Assembly (NCBI GenBank): GCA_029260935.1
Contig: JAJDCJ010000005.1
Span: 16,073 to 80,072 of the forward strand
Direction of reading: 5' to 3'
Length of the DNA stretch: 64,000 bases
Source: Patescibacteria group bacterium
GTDB taxonomy: Bacteria; Patescibacteriota; Minisyncoccia; Phycocordibacterales; Phycocordibacteraceae
Part shown: positions 20,603-29,381 of the stretch, piece by piece
Numbering within the stretch: position 1 is the first letter of the stretch
Layout of the letters: every line of letters begins with the position of its first letter
Made by a program: the position numbers and the translations under genes
The notes under the pieces: model-generated
What the model was told of the DNA's origin: nothing
Database searches by the model: none
The model's input: the letters and a program-made list of their open reading frames with translations, nothing else

Positions 20603-21054
20603 GTACGTGCCGCGCGTCTGAACTCCTTCCATCTACCTCTTCCACGAGGGGGCAAAATACCTCCACGAGCTAAATCGTCAAGAAGGCTTGATAGTGATGA
20701 CCCATCAAACTTTTTTGGATTATTTTTTGCATATCGCACAAGATGTTCATACTGCCCTCTCTTCATACTGCACCATACTCGCCCTATAGTATCAGGGCTC
20801 ACTTTTAGTAATTGTTGTATTTGTGCGAAGCTGTAGTCGCGTGTTAACATCGCGATGATTGCAAAACGTTTTGCTAAAACTACCTGTTCAGAGTCGGTCA
20901 TAAGTTCACTGAAAAGTGCAGACGCATCTCGTTTTGAGTGTGTATGCATAATTGAAGAGACTAACTGGCTATTTATTGCCTCGGCAGTTTCTTTTTTTAT
21001 TTTCTGCTTTGAAATCCTCACCATATAATTCTCATTATATTTTGATAATAACAC
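20584..21054 (-). CDS. TrpR/YerC-like helix-turn-helix DNA-binding protein
   Basis: LAKRFAIIAMLTRDYSFAQIQQLLKVSPDTIGRV HTH segment. The gene is bracketed by two copies of the palindrome ATACTACGATTAATCGTAGTAT. Confidence 0.45.
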   Translation of the reverse strand: MLLSKYNENYMVRISKQKIKKETAEAINSQLVSSIMHTHSKRDASALFSELMTDSEQVVLAKRFAIIAMLTRDYSFAQIQQLLKVSPDTIGRVWCSMKRGQYEHLVRYAKNNPKKFDGSSLSSLLDDLARGGILPPRGRGRWKEFRRAARTSTYYD

Positions 21055-21082
21055 AAAATACTACGATTAATCGTAGTATTTT
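21055..21082. promoter_or_regulatory. 28-bp perfect palindrome in the promoter region of the TrpR-like gene (candidate operator)
   Basis: aaaatactacgattaatcgtagtatttt shares its 22-bp core with the palindrome at 20573-20594 and overlaps a TATTAT -10-like hexamer. Confidence 0.5.
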
Positions 21083-21167
21083 TACCTTTGAAGTCTGGGG
21101 TATTTTAAAATAAATATCCGTTTTTTAACTTACCTATTTTTTATATCCAGCGAGTTATAAAAAATAC

Positions 21168-21527
21168 TTACGCGTGGGCAATACACGTGATAGCTGCGGG
21201 GTTTGCATTCAAGCGCTCAAGTTCAATGGGATTACCTGATTCTTCACAAATACCATACGTTCCTTTTTCAATTCGCTCAAGCGCTAAAGAAACATTTTTC
21301 AAACGAATCTCAAGCTCATTTATTGCCGCGTTATTTTCGTGGAGTGCTTCAACAATGTCTGCGTTGTCATTTCTGTCTGCACCAAACTCTTCCCCGGGCG
21401 CTCTTGGCTCCCAATCATCAGGATTAGATGGGTTTTGTTTTCCTATTGAGGAAAGCTCTTTTTGCAAAATGGCCCGCTCTTTTTCAAGTCGGATTTTAAA
21501 CTCTTCAATGTGTTCTTTCGTTAACAT
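21168..21527 (-). CDS. DksA/TraR-family-like coiled-coil protein (putative Cys motif reduced to two Cys)
   Basis: N-terminal coiled coil and acidic tip (ADRNDNAD). The C-terminus C..(19)..C is reminiscent of the DksA zinc-finger region. Confidence 0.5.
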   Translation of the reverse strand: MLTKEHIEEFKIRLEKERAILQKELSSIGKQNPSNPDDWEPRAPGEEFGADRNDNADIVEALHENNAAINELEIRLKNVSLALERIEKGTYGICEESGNPIELERLNANPAAITCIAHA

Positions 21528-21561
21528 GAGATCTATAGTATCACGAAGCGGTGCTCAGTGC

Positions 21562-22401
21562 CTACCTTTGCGCGCTTCCCAGACGAGTCATTACTTCGCG
21601 CAGAGTAAACTCATTGGTAGTAAGGACCACCATGACTCTTGAGGGGTATGTGTACATAATAGGCCATGTACTTTGGCTTTTTCTTACATCAAGGTTCTGA
21701 ATAATACTGTCGCTAAACACAAGGTCAGGAGCTTCGCCTATACTATTTATTGGTGCATAGAAAGAGTTGAGCGCACGCCCTGCTTCTTTCTCCCACCCAA
21801 GAAGTGCACTGAATGTTCGGTCAAAAGTTAACAGTGAAAGTATTAAAAATGGTTGATTCCTATCAAATGAATGCACACCAATCATAATGTCCACCACCTC
21901 CCTTGAGATTGCGTCGGGAAAACCAAGCGCGCGTGCAACTGAAGAAGGCGCGAGTGCCACTCCACCTTGAGTAACCACTATACGTTCAACTTCACCAAGC
22001 GACAGCTCTGCATCACGTCGTTCAGTCGCAAGAAGTTTTTGTAGCGAAGAACCCTCAACAAACTCAATGGGTGTGGTTTTATTAGGAAACACAATACTGG
22101 GAGGAAACTCTTCAGGGGAAGCACTTGGCCGTGTTGCATAAAACGAAGTAGCAATCACTACAACTCCGAGTACCACAAAAAGCACAGACCCGAAAAGAAT
22201 CACTTTTGTTTTTGAAAACTTCTCTAGAACCGGTTCTTGTTCCAACTGCCTCCCCTTTTCTCTTTGTGCTGTTGCTATTGAAGACACGGTCTCGCCACGC
22301 GCTGTAATAACCCGACTGATATCAGCCGCATAGGTTCTAATGCGCGGAAGCCCCGAAGGGGTTTTAGGTGTCTCGTCTTTTTTCGCTGTTTCCTCTGCCA
22401 T
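21562..22401 (-). CDS. Hypothetical membrane-anchored protein
   Basis: Single TM helix (ILFGSVLFVVLGVVVIATSFYA) after a charged N-terminus. The start is taken at MAEETAKKD and overlaps the pnp 3' end. Confidence 0.4.
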   Translation of the reverse strand: MAEETAKKDETPKTPSGLPRIRTYAADISRVITARGETVSSIATAQREKGRQLEQEPVLEKFSKTKVILFGSVLFVVLGVVVIATSFYATRPSASPEEFPPSIVFPNKTTPIEFVEGSSLQKLLATERRDAELSLGEVERIVVTQGGVALAPSSVARALGFPDAISREVVDIMIGVHSFDRNQPFLILSLLTFDRTFSALLGWEKEAGRALNSFYAPINSIGEAPDLVFSDSIIQNLDVRKSQSTWPIMYTYPSRVMVVLTTNEFTLREVMTRLGSAQR

Positions 22402-24553
22402 AGTTTCTATGTTCGCCCGATGGCGTGTTTTCCTGAGGGAGTACCCCTTTACGTGAGGCAAACTCAGGGTCAATGCTCTTTATAGAGAGACTAACACGCC
22501 CATCCTCCCCTGCTTCTTTTACTTGAACTTTTACCTGCTCACCTTCTTTGACAACGTCATGTACATTTTCAATACGATATGGTGCGAACTCTGAAATATG
22601 CACGAGCCCCTCTATTCTTGAATTGAGGCGTACAAACGCACCGAAATCAACAACGCGTGTTACCTCCCCTTCAAGTATTTCCCCTGACGTAAACACACGT
22701 GTCATGTCACGGATAATGTCAGCTGCTTTTTCCGGCGCGTCTGCTTTTCCGGTGATAAATACACTACCGTCATCCTCAATAGTAATACTATCAACTCCTG
22801 TGTCTTCTTGAATTTTTTTGATATTTTTACCTTGCCCACCAATAACCATACCGATCATGTCAGGTGGAATTGAGAGTGAAATAATTTTCGGTGCACGCGG
22901 GTTAATATCCTCACGTGGCGAAGCAATCGCTTCATGTATTGTTTTTAAAATATGCAGACGTGCTTTTTTTGCCGCCTGAAGTGCTTCACCAAGCACCGGA
23001 AGAGGAACTCCCTCAACTTTTACATCAAGTTGAATTGCAGTCACCCCTGCTTCAGTTCCAGCTACTTTGAAGTCCATGTCACCGTGATGGTCTTCTGGTC
23101 CTTGAATGTCGGTGAGTACCCGATATTTAGTAGGGCTTTCATACATCACTCCCATTGCAATACCGGCAACAGGCGCCTTGATGGGCACTCCGCCGTCCAT
23201 CAAGGCAAGCGTTGACCCACATACACTTCCCATTGACGTAGAGCCGTTTGAAGCTAAGGCCTCTGAGACCAAACGAATAGTGTAAGGGAAATCACTTTGG
23301 TCTGGAATGACTGGCTCAAGTGCTTTTTCTGCAAGTGCACCGTGGCCGATCATTCGCCGGTTCATACCGCCAATGCGCCCTGTTTCCCCCACTGAATATG
23401 GAGGAAAATTATAGTGATGAATAAACCTCTTCTTCTGGTCTTGCGCTTCAATTGAGTCAATGATAAGAGAATCGTCCGGACCACCAAGAGTGAGTGCGGT
23501 GAAAACGTGAGTACCTCCACGGTAGAAAATACCCGACCCGTGGAGTATCTCTGAAACTCCTCCTGCTTGCGCAAAAAGTGGGCGTACCTCATCAACCGCT
23601 CTTCCGTCAACACGTTCGCCACTTTCAATAGCGCGTGTGCGCATCATGCTCTCCACCTGTTCTTCAAAGAATCGTTCTGCTTCTTTTATGTTGTCCGGTA
23701 GCATTTCAAGCACGCGCGCCATGTAGTCGTTTTTTAATTCACCCAAGTCTCCCTTGCCTGGCGTACTGGAGAAAACAGCCTGCGGAAACCTGTCATTAAA
23801 TGTAGTAAATAATTCTTTTACCGCATCGGGTATATCCGGAACTGACAGTACTATTTTTTCTTTACCTATTTTTTCTCTAATTGTATTTTGAAATTTCTGA
23901 AGCGCCTCAATTTCTTTTGTCCCTACATCAAAGGCAGCTAACAAAACATCTTCTGATGCTTCATGTGCACCAACTTCAATCATGGTAATGACACCGTCTT
24001 TTCCACACACCAACACATCAAGTTCACTGTCGTCATCCTTTCTAAAGTCAAAACTTGGGTTTACCACAAACGTATCATTTCCTTTCTTTTTACCTACCCG
24101 CACCGAAGAAACCGGTCCGGACCACGGAATATCTGAAGTAAGTAGTGCAATGCTGGCGGCGTTCACTCCCAAAACATCAGGATCATCATCTTCAAGCGAG
24201 AGTACGGTGACCACCACCTGCACATCGCGTCGCAGACGATTGTCAAACAGCGGGCGAATAGTGCGATCAACAATCCTTCCTGAAAGAATTGCTTCTTCTG
24301 ACGGTCGTCCTTCGCGTCGCATATAGCGACTTCCTAAAATTTTTCCCGCAGCATAAAACTTTTCTTCAAACTCAACCGAAAGAGGAAAGTAATCAACATC
24401 ACTTCTCTCTTTTTTTCCCATGACTGCTGTGGTAAACACCGTGGTGTTCCCCATACGCACCATGACCGACCCATTTGTTTGGTCTGCTAAATCACTAAAC
24501 GTAACTGAGAATTCTTTTTCTCCAACTGTTGTCTTGAATGTTTCTTGCTTCAT
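22364..24553 (-). CDS. pnp: Polyribonucleotide nucleotidyltransferase (PNPase)
   Basis: Two RNase PH domains, a KH domain (GGQGKNIKKIQEDTG) and a C-terminal S1 domain; 729 aa. Confidence 0.9.
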   Translation of the reverse strand: MKQETFKTTVGEKEFSVTFSDLADQTNGSVMVRMGNTTVFTTAVMGKKERSDVDYFPLSVEFEEKFYAAGKILGSRYMRREGRPSEEAILSGRIVDRTIRPLFDNRLRRDVQVVVTVLSLEDDDPDVLGVNAASIALLTSDIPWSGPVSSVRVGKKKGNDTFVVNPSFDFRKDDDSELDVLVCGKDGVITMIEVGAHEASEDVLLAAFDVGTKEIEALQKFQNTIREKIGKEKIVLSVPDIPDAVKELFTTFNDRFPQAVFSSTPGKGDLGELKNDYMARVLEMLPDNIKEAERFFEEQVESMMRTRAIESGERVDGRAVDEVRPLFAQAGGVSEILHGSGIFYRGGTHVFTALTLGGPDDSLIIDSIEAQDQKKRFIHHYNFPPYSVGETGRIGGMNRRMIGHGALAEKALEPVIPDQSDFPYTIRLVSEALASNGSTSMGSVCGSTLALMDGGVPIKAPVAGIAMGVMYESPTKYRVLTDIQGPEDHHGDMDFKVAGTEAGVTAIQLDVKVEGVPLPVLGEALQAAKKARLHILKTIHEAIASPREDINPRAPKIISLSIPPDMIGMVIGGQGKNIKKIQEDTGVDSITIEDDGSVFITGKADAPEKAADIIRDMTRVFTSGEILEGEVTRVVDFGAFVRLNSRIEGLVHISEFAPYRIENVHDVVKEGEQVKVQVKEAGEDGRVSLSIKSIDPEFASRKGVLPQENTPSGEHRNYGRGNSEKRRDT

Positions 24554-24760
24554 TATTATGTCTTTTTATTATGGAGCTTTCCGAATGACAGAGGCGATGT
24601 ATGTTCGCACCTGGGTATTCGGAAACCTGCACCTAGTAATACTAACTACAGAAAGTGTAGCAAGGTTATGGCGTAAAATAAACATTTTACGATCGCCTGT
24701 AAAAGACAGTATAAAAAAGCTATACTGTATAGAGTAATTACTCATTTACACACAAACACT

Positions 24761-24952
24761 ATGGGAAAAAATCCAAATGAATCATCCCCTACCGTATCAC
24801 GCGAGTTTGACGGATCAATAACAGTCGCACTTTTTGCAGCTATCGTAGCTGGGATGCTGACACAAAATGTTCTTATCGGTGCCGGAGCTGGAGCACTCGG
24901 CTATGTCGGCACCGGACTACTTCAGAAAAAAGGAAACAAAAAAACAAATTAG
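24761..24952 (+). CDS. Small hydrophobic protein (63 aa), hypothetical
   Basis: One Gly/Ala-rich TM-like segment. There is no other support. Confidence 0.25.
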   Translation: MGKNPNESSPTVSREFDGSITVALFAAIVAGMLTQNVLIGAGAGALGYVGTGLLQKKGNKKTN

Positions 24953-24981
24953 GGACGTTTTACATCATCTTTAATAGAGGG

Positions 24982-25635
24982 TTACCGACTGTCGTCAGTG
25001 TCTGAACCCACCACTTGTGGCATGGCGTCTTCGCCAGCTTCTTGAGAGCCATTCTCAACTTCAGGGTGACTGCCTGTTTTCGGCATAATCGCGCCTGCAT
25101 CTCCCCTGTTAGTAAGAGGAAGAGAAAAACGGTTGCCAAGAAGGAACTTCTTCGGCTGTTCTCCCATATCAATAAACTCATCGGCATCTTCGCGTAATCG
25201 CGACGATGAAGATTTTCCGAATGAAATAACCTCAACCTGTACGCCATGCGCCTTGAGATACTCAACTAACGGCACAAAGTCCCCGTCTCCTGTTGCAAGT
25301 ACAATGGAGTCAACTCTCTGTGATGTCTTGATAGCGTCAACTGCCATACCTACATCCCAGTCTGCCTTTTTAGCTCCTCCGTAGAAAATCTGAAGTTCTT
25401 TGGTCTTTGTTTCAATACCTATTTTAGTCAGTGCTTCAAAAAATGCCTTTTCTTCACCACTTTCTGTGGTCACCACATAGGCAACCGCACGAATAAGTTG
25501 ACGCCCTGCGACTGATTCTTTCAAAACGTTTGCAAAATTGACACGTGCTTTAAATAAATTTTTAGCGCTATGGTAGAGGTTTTGTGTGTCTATAAAAACC
25601 GCCACACGCTGATTTGGGTGTTTAATAATTGCCAT
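24982..25635 (-). CDS. NYN-domain (LabA-like) putative ribonuclease
   Basis: VFIDTQNLY and ATGDGDF motifs of the NYN/PIN-like fold. It lies between rpsO and pnp. Confidence 0.7.
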   Translation of the reverse strand: MAIIKHPNQRVAVFIDTQNLYHSAKNLFKARVNFANVLKESVAGRQLIRAVAYVVTTESGEEKAFFEALTKIGIETKTKELQIFYGGAKKADWDVGMAVDAIKTSQRVDSIVLATGDGDFVPLVEYLKAHGVQVEVISFGKSSSSRLREDADEFIDMGEQPKKFLLGNRFSLPLTNRGDAGAIMPKTGSHPEVENGSQEAGEDAMPQVVGSDTDDSR

Positions 25636-25690
25636 ATATAGTTAGTATAACCTGTATAAAAAAGAACATCCCAGCTGCGGGATGCGTGTA

Positions 25691-25957
25691 TTACTTTTTG
25701 AGTCCTAAACTCTTTACGAGTTTGCTGTACTCTCGCTTATCACTCTTCTCCAGATACTTCAAATGAGTACGACGGTCCGCAACCATCTGTAAAAGTCCAC
25801 GGCGAGAATGCTTGTCTTTAGTGTGCTTTTTAAGGTGAAGTGCGAGCTCGTCAATTTTCTGAGACAAAACAGCAACTTGAACAGATGCCGACCCAGTGTC
25901 GTCTTTGTGCTTCTGTACGGCCTTAATAGCCCGTGTTTTCTTTGTTTTTGTAAGCAT
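25691..25957 (-). CDS. rpsO: 30S ribosomal protein S15
   Basis: An 88-aa protein with HSRRGLLQMV..RR.LL.YL S15 signature. Confidence 0.9.
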   Translation of the reverse strand: MLTKTKKTRAIKAVQKHKDDTGSASVQVAVLSQKIDELALHLKKHTKDKHSRRGLLQMVADRRTHLKYLEKSDKREYSKLVKSLGLKK

Positions 25958-26023
25958 GAGAGTTTACTGTACCATAAATACCCTTAGTTTGCAACGCACT
26001 TTAGTCTAGTTTCAAGAGTGAGG

Positions 26024-26689
26024 TTAAATAAAGAGAGAAGCGACCTGAAAGGCGAGGTACCCTATCCCGAAACCTACAGGAGCCAAAACAGCAAGACCCG
26101 CTACATATTCTGTACTTGAATATGTTTTTGTAGGATCGTTTATACCTTCAGAAACGCGCCCTATAAAAGAAAACGGAGACCATATCACGGATCCAACAAA
26201 ACCAGCTGTTGCACCAGTTACTCTCACTGGTGTACTTGAGCTAATCGCCTCATATACAGACACTACAGCGTTCCGTTTTTCTTTAACCCACGCACGTGGC
26301 TTGGTCCAAAAAATATCTTTTATATTTATCTTCTTTATACTTGAAAGAAGGCCAAGGGCGACGCTTCCTGCCTGTTTTGCCCACGCGCCAATTTTGCACA
26401 GGGTATCCCAAACCTCCTGGCGAAAACTTGCCTCAGACTCATCTTTTTCGGGCACTAAACTCTCAGGAGCTGAGGGTCCGGCAATAGAATACGTAGTACG
26501 TATGTGATTCTCCTCTAGAGCTGTCTGAGGAATACTCTCTACACGTCCGTCGCCAAGAGAGTCGTTTGAATAGCGTTCAATAGGAAGCGCCGTGACCGTA
26601 AAAAGTTCTTTAGTTTTCTTAGTTGAAACAATTTCCAAACCGATTTTTGGGGATCCTTCAGGTCTTTTCATATAAACAAAAGATAGCAT
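26024..26689 (-). CDS. Hypothetical protein with C-terminal hydrophobic region
   Basis: Long ORF with no recognisable motif. The C-terminal segment GLAVLAPVGFGIGYLAFQVASLFI is hydrophobic. Confidence 0.35.
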   Translation of the reverse strand: MLSFVYMKRPEGSPKIGLEIVSTKKTKELFTVTALPIERYSNDSLGDGRVESIPQTALEENHIRTTYSIAGPSAPESLVPEKDESEASFRQEVWDTLCKIGAWAKQAGSVALGLLSSIKKINIKDIFWTKPRAWVKEKRNAVVSVYEAISSSTPVRVTGATAGFVGSVIWSPFSFIGRVSEGINDPTKTYSSTEYVAGLAVLAPVGFGIGYLAFQVASLFI

Positions 26690-26771
26690 ATTGTATCCAT
26701 TTTGTCAAGTAGCTCTCCTCTGTCTGTTTTTTATTACTATGAGGCGCTTGTAGAGTGGGTATACTGTAGCT

Positions 26772-27692
26772 ATGAATGCGTATGACCTAAAACGAAAGTT
26801 TCTTGAGTATCTGGAAATATCAAAAGGAAGGTCACTAAAAACCCTTGAAAACTACGACCGCTATCTGACGCGTTTTATTATTTTTACGAAAATAAGCGAG
26901 CCGAAAGAAATTACTGACACCATGGTGCAGGAGTTCCGCCTCTACCTCAACCGCCTCCCCACTCACGGAGGTGGCACCATGAAAAGAAAAACACAAAACT
27001 ACCACCTTATTGCCCTGCGTGCGTTTCTGAAATATCTTCAGCGTGAGAATGTAGAAACCCTTACGCCAGAGCGTATTGAATTAGCAAAAGTACCTGAGCG
27101 CTCCCTTGAGTTGATCACTACCGCGGAGCTTGAGCGCCTTATGAAGGCCCCTGCTGACGCTCTAAAAAAAGAAAGTGATTCATTTAAACAACAGATTCTC
27201 CTGCGCGACCAGGCAATTATGGAGCTCTTGTTTTCAACAGGACTTCGGGTGAGTGAGTTGGCGGCGCTCAATACAGACATAGACCTTTCGCGTGACGAAA
27301 TGTCAGTGAGAGGGAAGGGAGACAAGGTGCGTGTGGTGTTTCTTTCGGGTCGTGCGAAAACTGCGGTGCGCGCTTACCAAAAAGCGCGCACCGATATGGA
27401 AGAGGCGCTGTTTGTAGACGGACGCCCTAAAGCACTCCACCGCATTACCCCGAGGGACATACAGCGTCATATAAAAAAATATGCCATACAGGCGGGCATT
27501 ACCAGTAAGGTCACGCCTCACGTACTCCGGCACGTGTTTGCAACTGACCTTCTTGAAAACGGTGCTGATATTCGCTCGGTCCAGGCGCTTCTAGGACACG
27601 CTAATATTGCCACCACGCAGGTGTATACGCACGTCACCGATAAACACCTACGAGATATTCATAAGGCATTTCACGGCAAAAAAAGAACCTGA
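26772..27692 (+). CDS. xerC: Tyrosine recombinase XerC/XerD-like
   Basis: SAM-like N-terminal domain and a C-terminal catalytic R..H.RH..Y pattern (HVLRHVFAT...HANIATTQVYTHV). Confidence 0.85.
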   Translation: MNAYDLKRKFLEYLEISKGRSLKTLENYDRYLTRFIIFTKISEPKEITDTMVQEFRLYLNRLPTHGGGTMKRKTQNYHLIALRAFLKYLQRENVETLTPERIELAKVPERSLELITTAELERLMKAPADALKKESDSFKQQILLRDQAIMELLFSTGLRVSELAALNTDIDLSRDEMSVRGKGDKVRVVFLSGRAKTAVRAYQKARTDMEEALFVDGRPKALHRITPRDIQRHIKKYAIQAGITSKVTPHVLRHVFATDLLENGADIRSVQALLGHANIATTQVYTHVTDKHLRDIHKAFHGKKRT

Positions 27693-27707
27693 ACCTATCG
27701 ACACTTA

Positions 27708-27750
27708 CCCACTTGTGCGAATCCCGGGATTCGCACAAGTGGGTAAAAAA
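27708..27750 (+). terminator. Rho-independent terminator after xerC
   Basis: cccacttgtgcgaatcccgggattcgcacaagtggg followed by an A/T run. Confidence 0.65.
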
Positions 27751-27818
27751 CCGAGCAGTGTTTGACTTTTTTCTTTAAAATGTTAAAATAAGTTAATACT
27801 TACTAGCATATAAATTTT

Positions 27819-27971
27819 ATGCCTAAACCTGAGAAAATATGGGCCGAGGGAGAATACGAAACTTCTAAGACATTGAACGCTTTTTTAAAGTGGGTTGGTG
27901 TCGCAGCAATAATTGCACTTGTGCTTGGAATTCCGTTAGCGGTTGTTTTAAGCAATAAAGACATTTTCTAA
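27819..27971 (+). CDS. Small membrane protein (50 aa), hypothetical
   Basis: ORF MPKPEKIWAEGEYETSKTLNAFLKWVGVAAIIALVLGIPLAVVLSNKDIF with one TM helix, followed by a terminator hairpin at 28021-28055. Confidence 0.35.
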   Translation: MPKPEKIWAEGEYETSKTLNAFLKWVGVAAIIALVLGIPLAVVLSNKDIF

Positions 27972-28020
27972 GAGCATTCTCCAATATCCAGATAGTATCT
28001 TCTTAGCGTAACAGCACAAA

Positions 28021-28055
28021 AGTGTGCGAATCCCGGGATTCGCACACTTTTTTCA
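28021..28055 (+). terminator. Rho-independent terminator sharing the GTGCGAATCCCGGGATTCGCAC core with the xerC terminator
   Basis: aaagtgtgcgaatcccgggattcgcacacttttttc. Confidence 0.6.
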
Positions 28056-28088
28056 AAAAGAAGAGAGGGGTGGTGGTATGCTAGGTAT

Positions 28089-28883
28089 ATGAAACTGGTT
28101 TCGTGGAACGTAAATGGCATTCGTGCGGTGCACCGCAAAGAACAGCTGGTACCTATGGTAGAAACTCTGAAACCAGATGTTTTATGCCTACAGGAAACCA
28201 AAGCGAGGTCGGAACAGTCCGAGGTTGATCTGCCTGAATATGAAGAATATTGGAACTCGGCTGAAAGAAAAGGATACTCAGGAACTGCTGTTTTTAGTAA
28301 AATAAAGCCCTTGAGTATTATTGAAGATTTTCCTGAAGCGATTGTCAAAAAATACGGCTTAAAAGATGGGTTCGGTGACACTAATGCCGAAGGGAGGGTC
28401 TTGGTGCTTGAGTTTAGTGATTTTTACATACTGACCGTTTATACACCGAATGCGAAACGCGATTTGGGGCGTCTACCGCTACGAGATAAACACTGGGATC
28501 CTGCGTTTTTGGCATACATGAAACTGTTGGAGGAGAAAAAGTCCGTGATTGCCTGTGGGGACTTTAATGTTGCCCACAAGGAAATAGATATCGCCCGACC
28601 AAAAGAAAACAAAAACTCAGCTGGCTTTACTAAAGAGGAGCGCACCGGCTTTGATAACTATATAATGGCTGGTTTTATAGACACTTTTCGTATGTTTCAT
28701 AACGAAGGAGAGTGCTACACCTGGTGGAGTAATTTTAATCATGCCCGAGAGAGAAATATTGGCTGGCGGATTGACTACTTTTTAGTGTCTAGCGCCCTCA
28801 AAGAAAAAGTGAAAAAAGCCAATGTTCATATGGATATTTTTGGTTCTGACCACTGCCCTATTTCAGTGGAAATAGAGAGTTAG
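28089..28883 (+). CDS. xth: Exodeoxyribonuclease III
   Basis: Starts MKLVSWNVNGIRA, with LCLQETK, the GDFN/H motif (CGDFNVAH), WW..F and a C-terminal SDHCPI. Confidence 0.9.
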   Translation: MKLVSWNVNGIRAVHRKEQLVPMVETLKPDVLCLQETKARSEQSEVDLPEYEEYWNSAERKGYSGTAVFSKIKPLSIIEDFPEAIVKKYGLKDGFGDTNAEGRVLVLEFSDFYILTVYTPNAKRDLGRLPLRDKHWDPAFLAYMKLLEEKKSVIACGDFNVAHKEIDIARPKENKNSAGFTKEERTGFDNYIMAGFIDTFRMFHNEGECYTWWSNFNHARERNIGWRIDYFLVSSALKEKVKKANVHMDIFGSDHCPISVEIES

Positions 28884-29144
28884 GAGTGAGCAGTGAGCAA
28901 TCAGCATAGAGTTTTGAATACTCACTGCTCGTTGCTGATTGCTGACTATTTTCTAAAGGACAAAAACTGTTGATAAGTACATTAAAATGTCCTTTATAAA
29001 TGTATACTTGTAAAGGACAGTTCTTTACACGGTGGAGCTTCGCCTACCTATACGCGCTCTCAAAAATATTGAATGATAAAGCGGCGTCGTAATTTAGCGC
29101 TCTACCTTAAACAAAACAGACCTATGGTTTCATAGGTCTGTTTT

Positions 29145-29348
29145 TTAGCCATAGGGTTTATTACTTCCTTTCCACTTTCTTCTCATATCTCCTCGAGAAC
29201 GAGATTTTGAACCAACCGTATATCCAATTACAAAAATTGTAAACAACACAAGTAAGCCAGCTCCTCCATACATTATCCACTCGCATGAGTGAACAGCTTG
29301 TTCTTCCGCAACACCTCTTCCTGCTTCATAAAATTTAAAATCACTCAT
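29145..29348 (-). CDS. Small membrane protein (67 aa), hypothetical
   Basis: A single TM helix and a basic C-terminus, preceded on the same strand by hairpin 29112-29145. Confidence 0.3.
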   Translation of the reverse strand: MSDFKFYEAGRGVAEEQAVHSCEWIMYGGAGLLVLFTIFVIGYTVGSKSRSRGDMRRKWKGSNKPYG

Positions 29349-29381
29349 TTACACAGTATCGTATCATATTGATATATTTTG

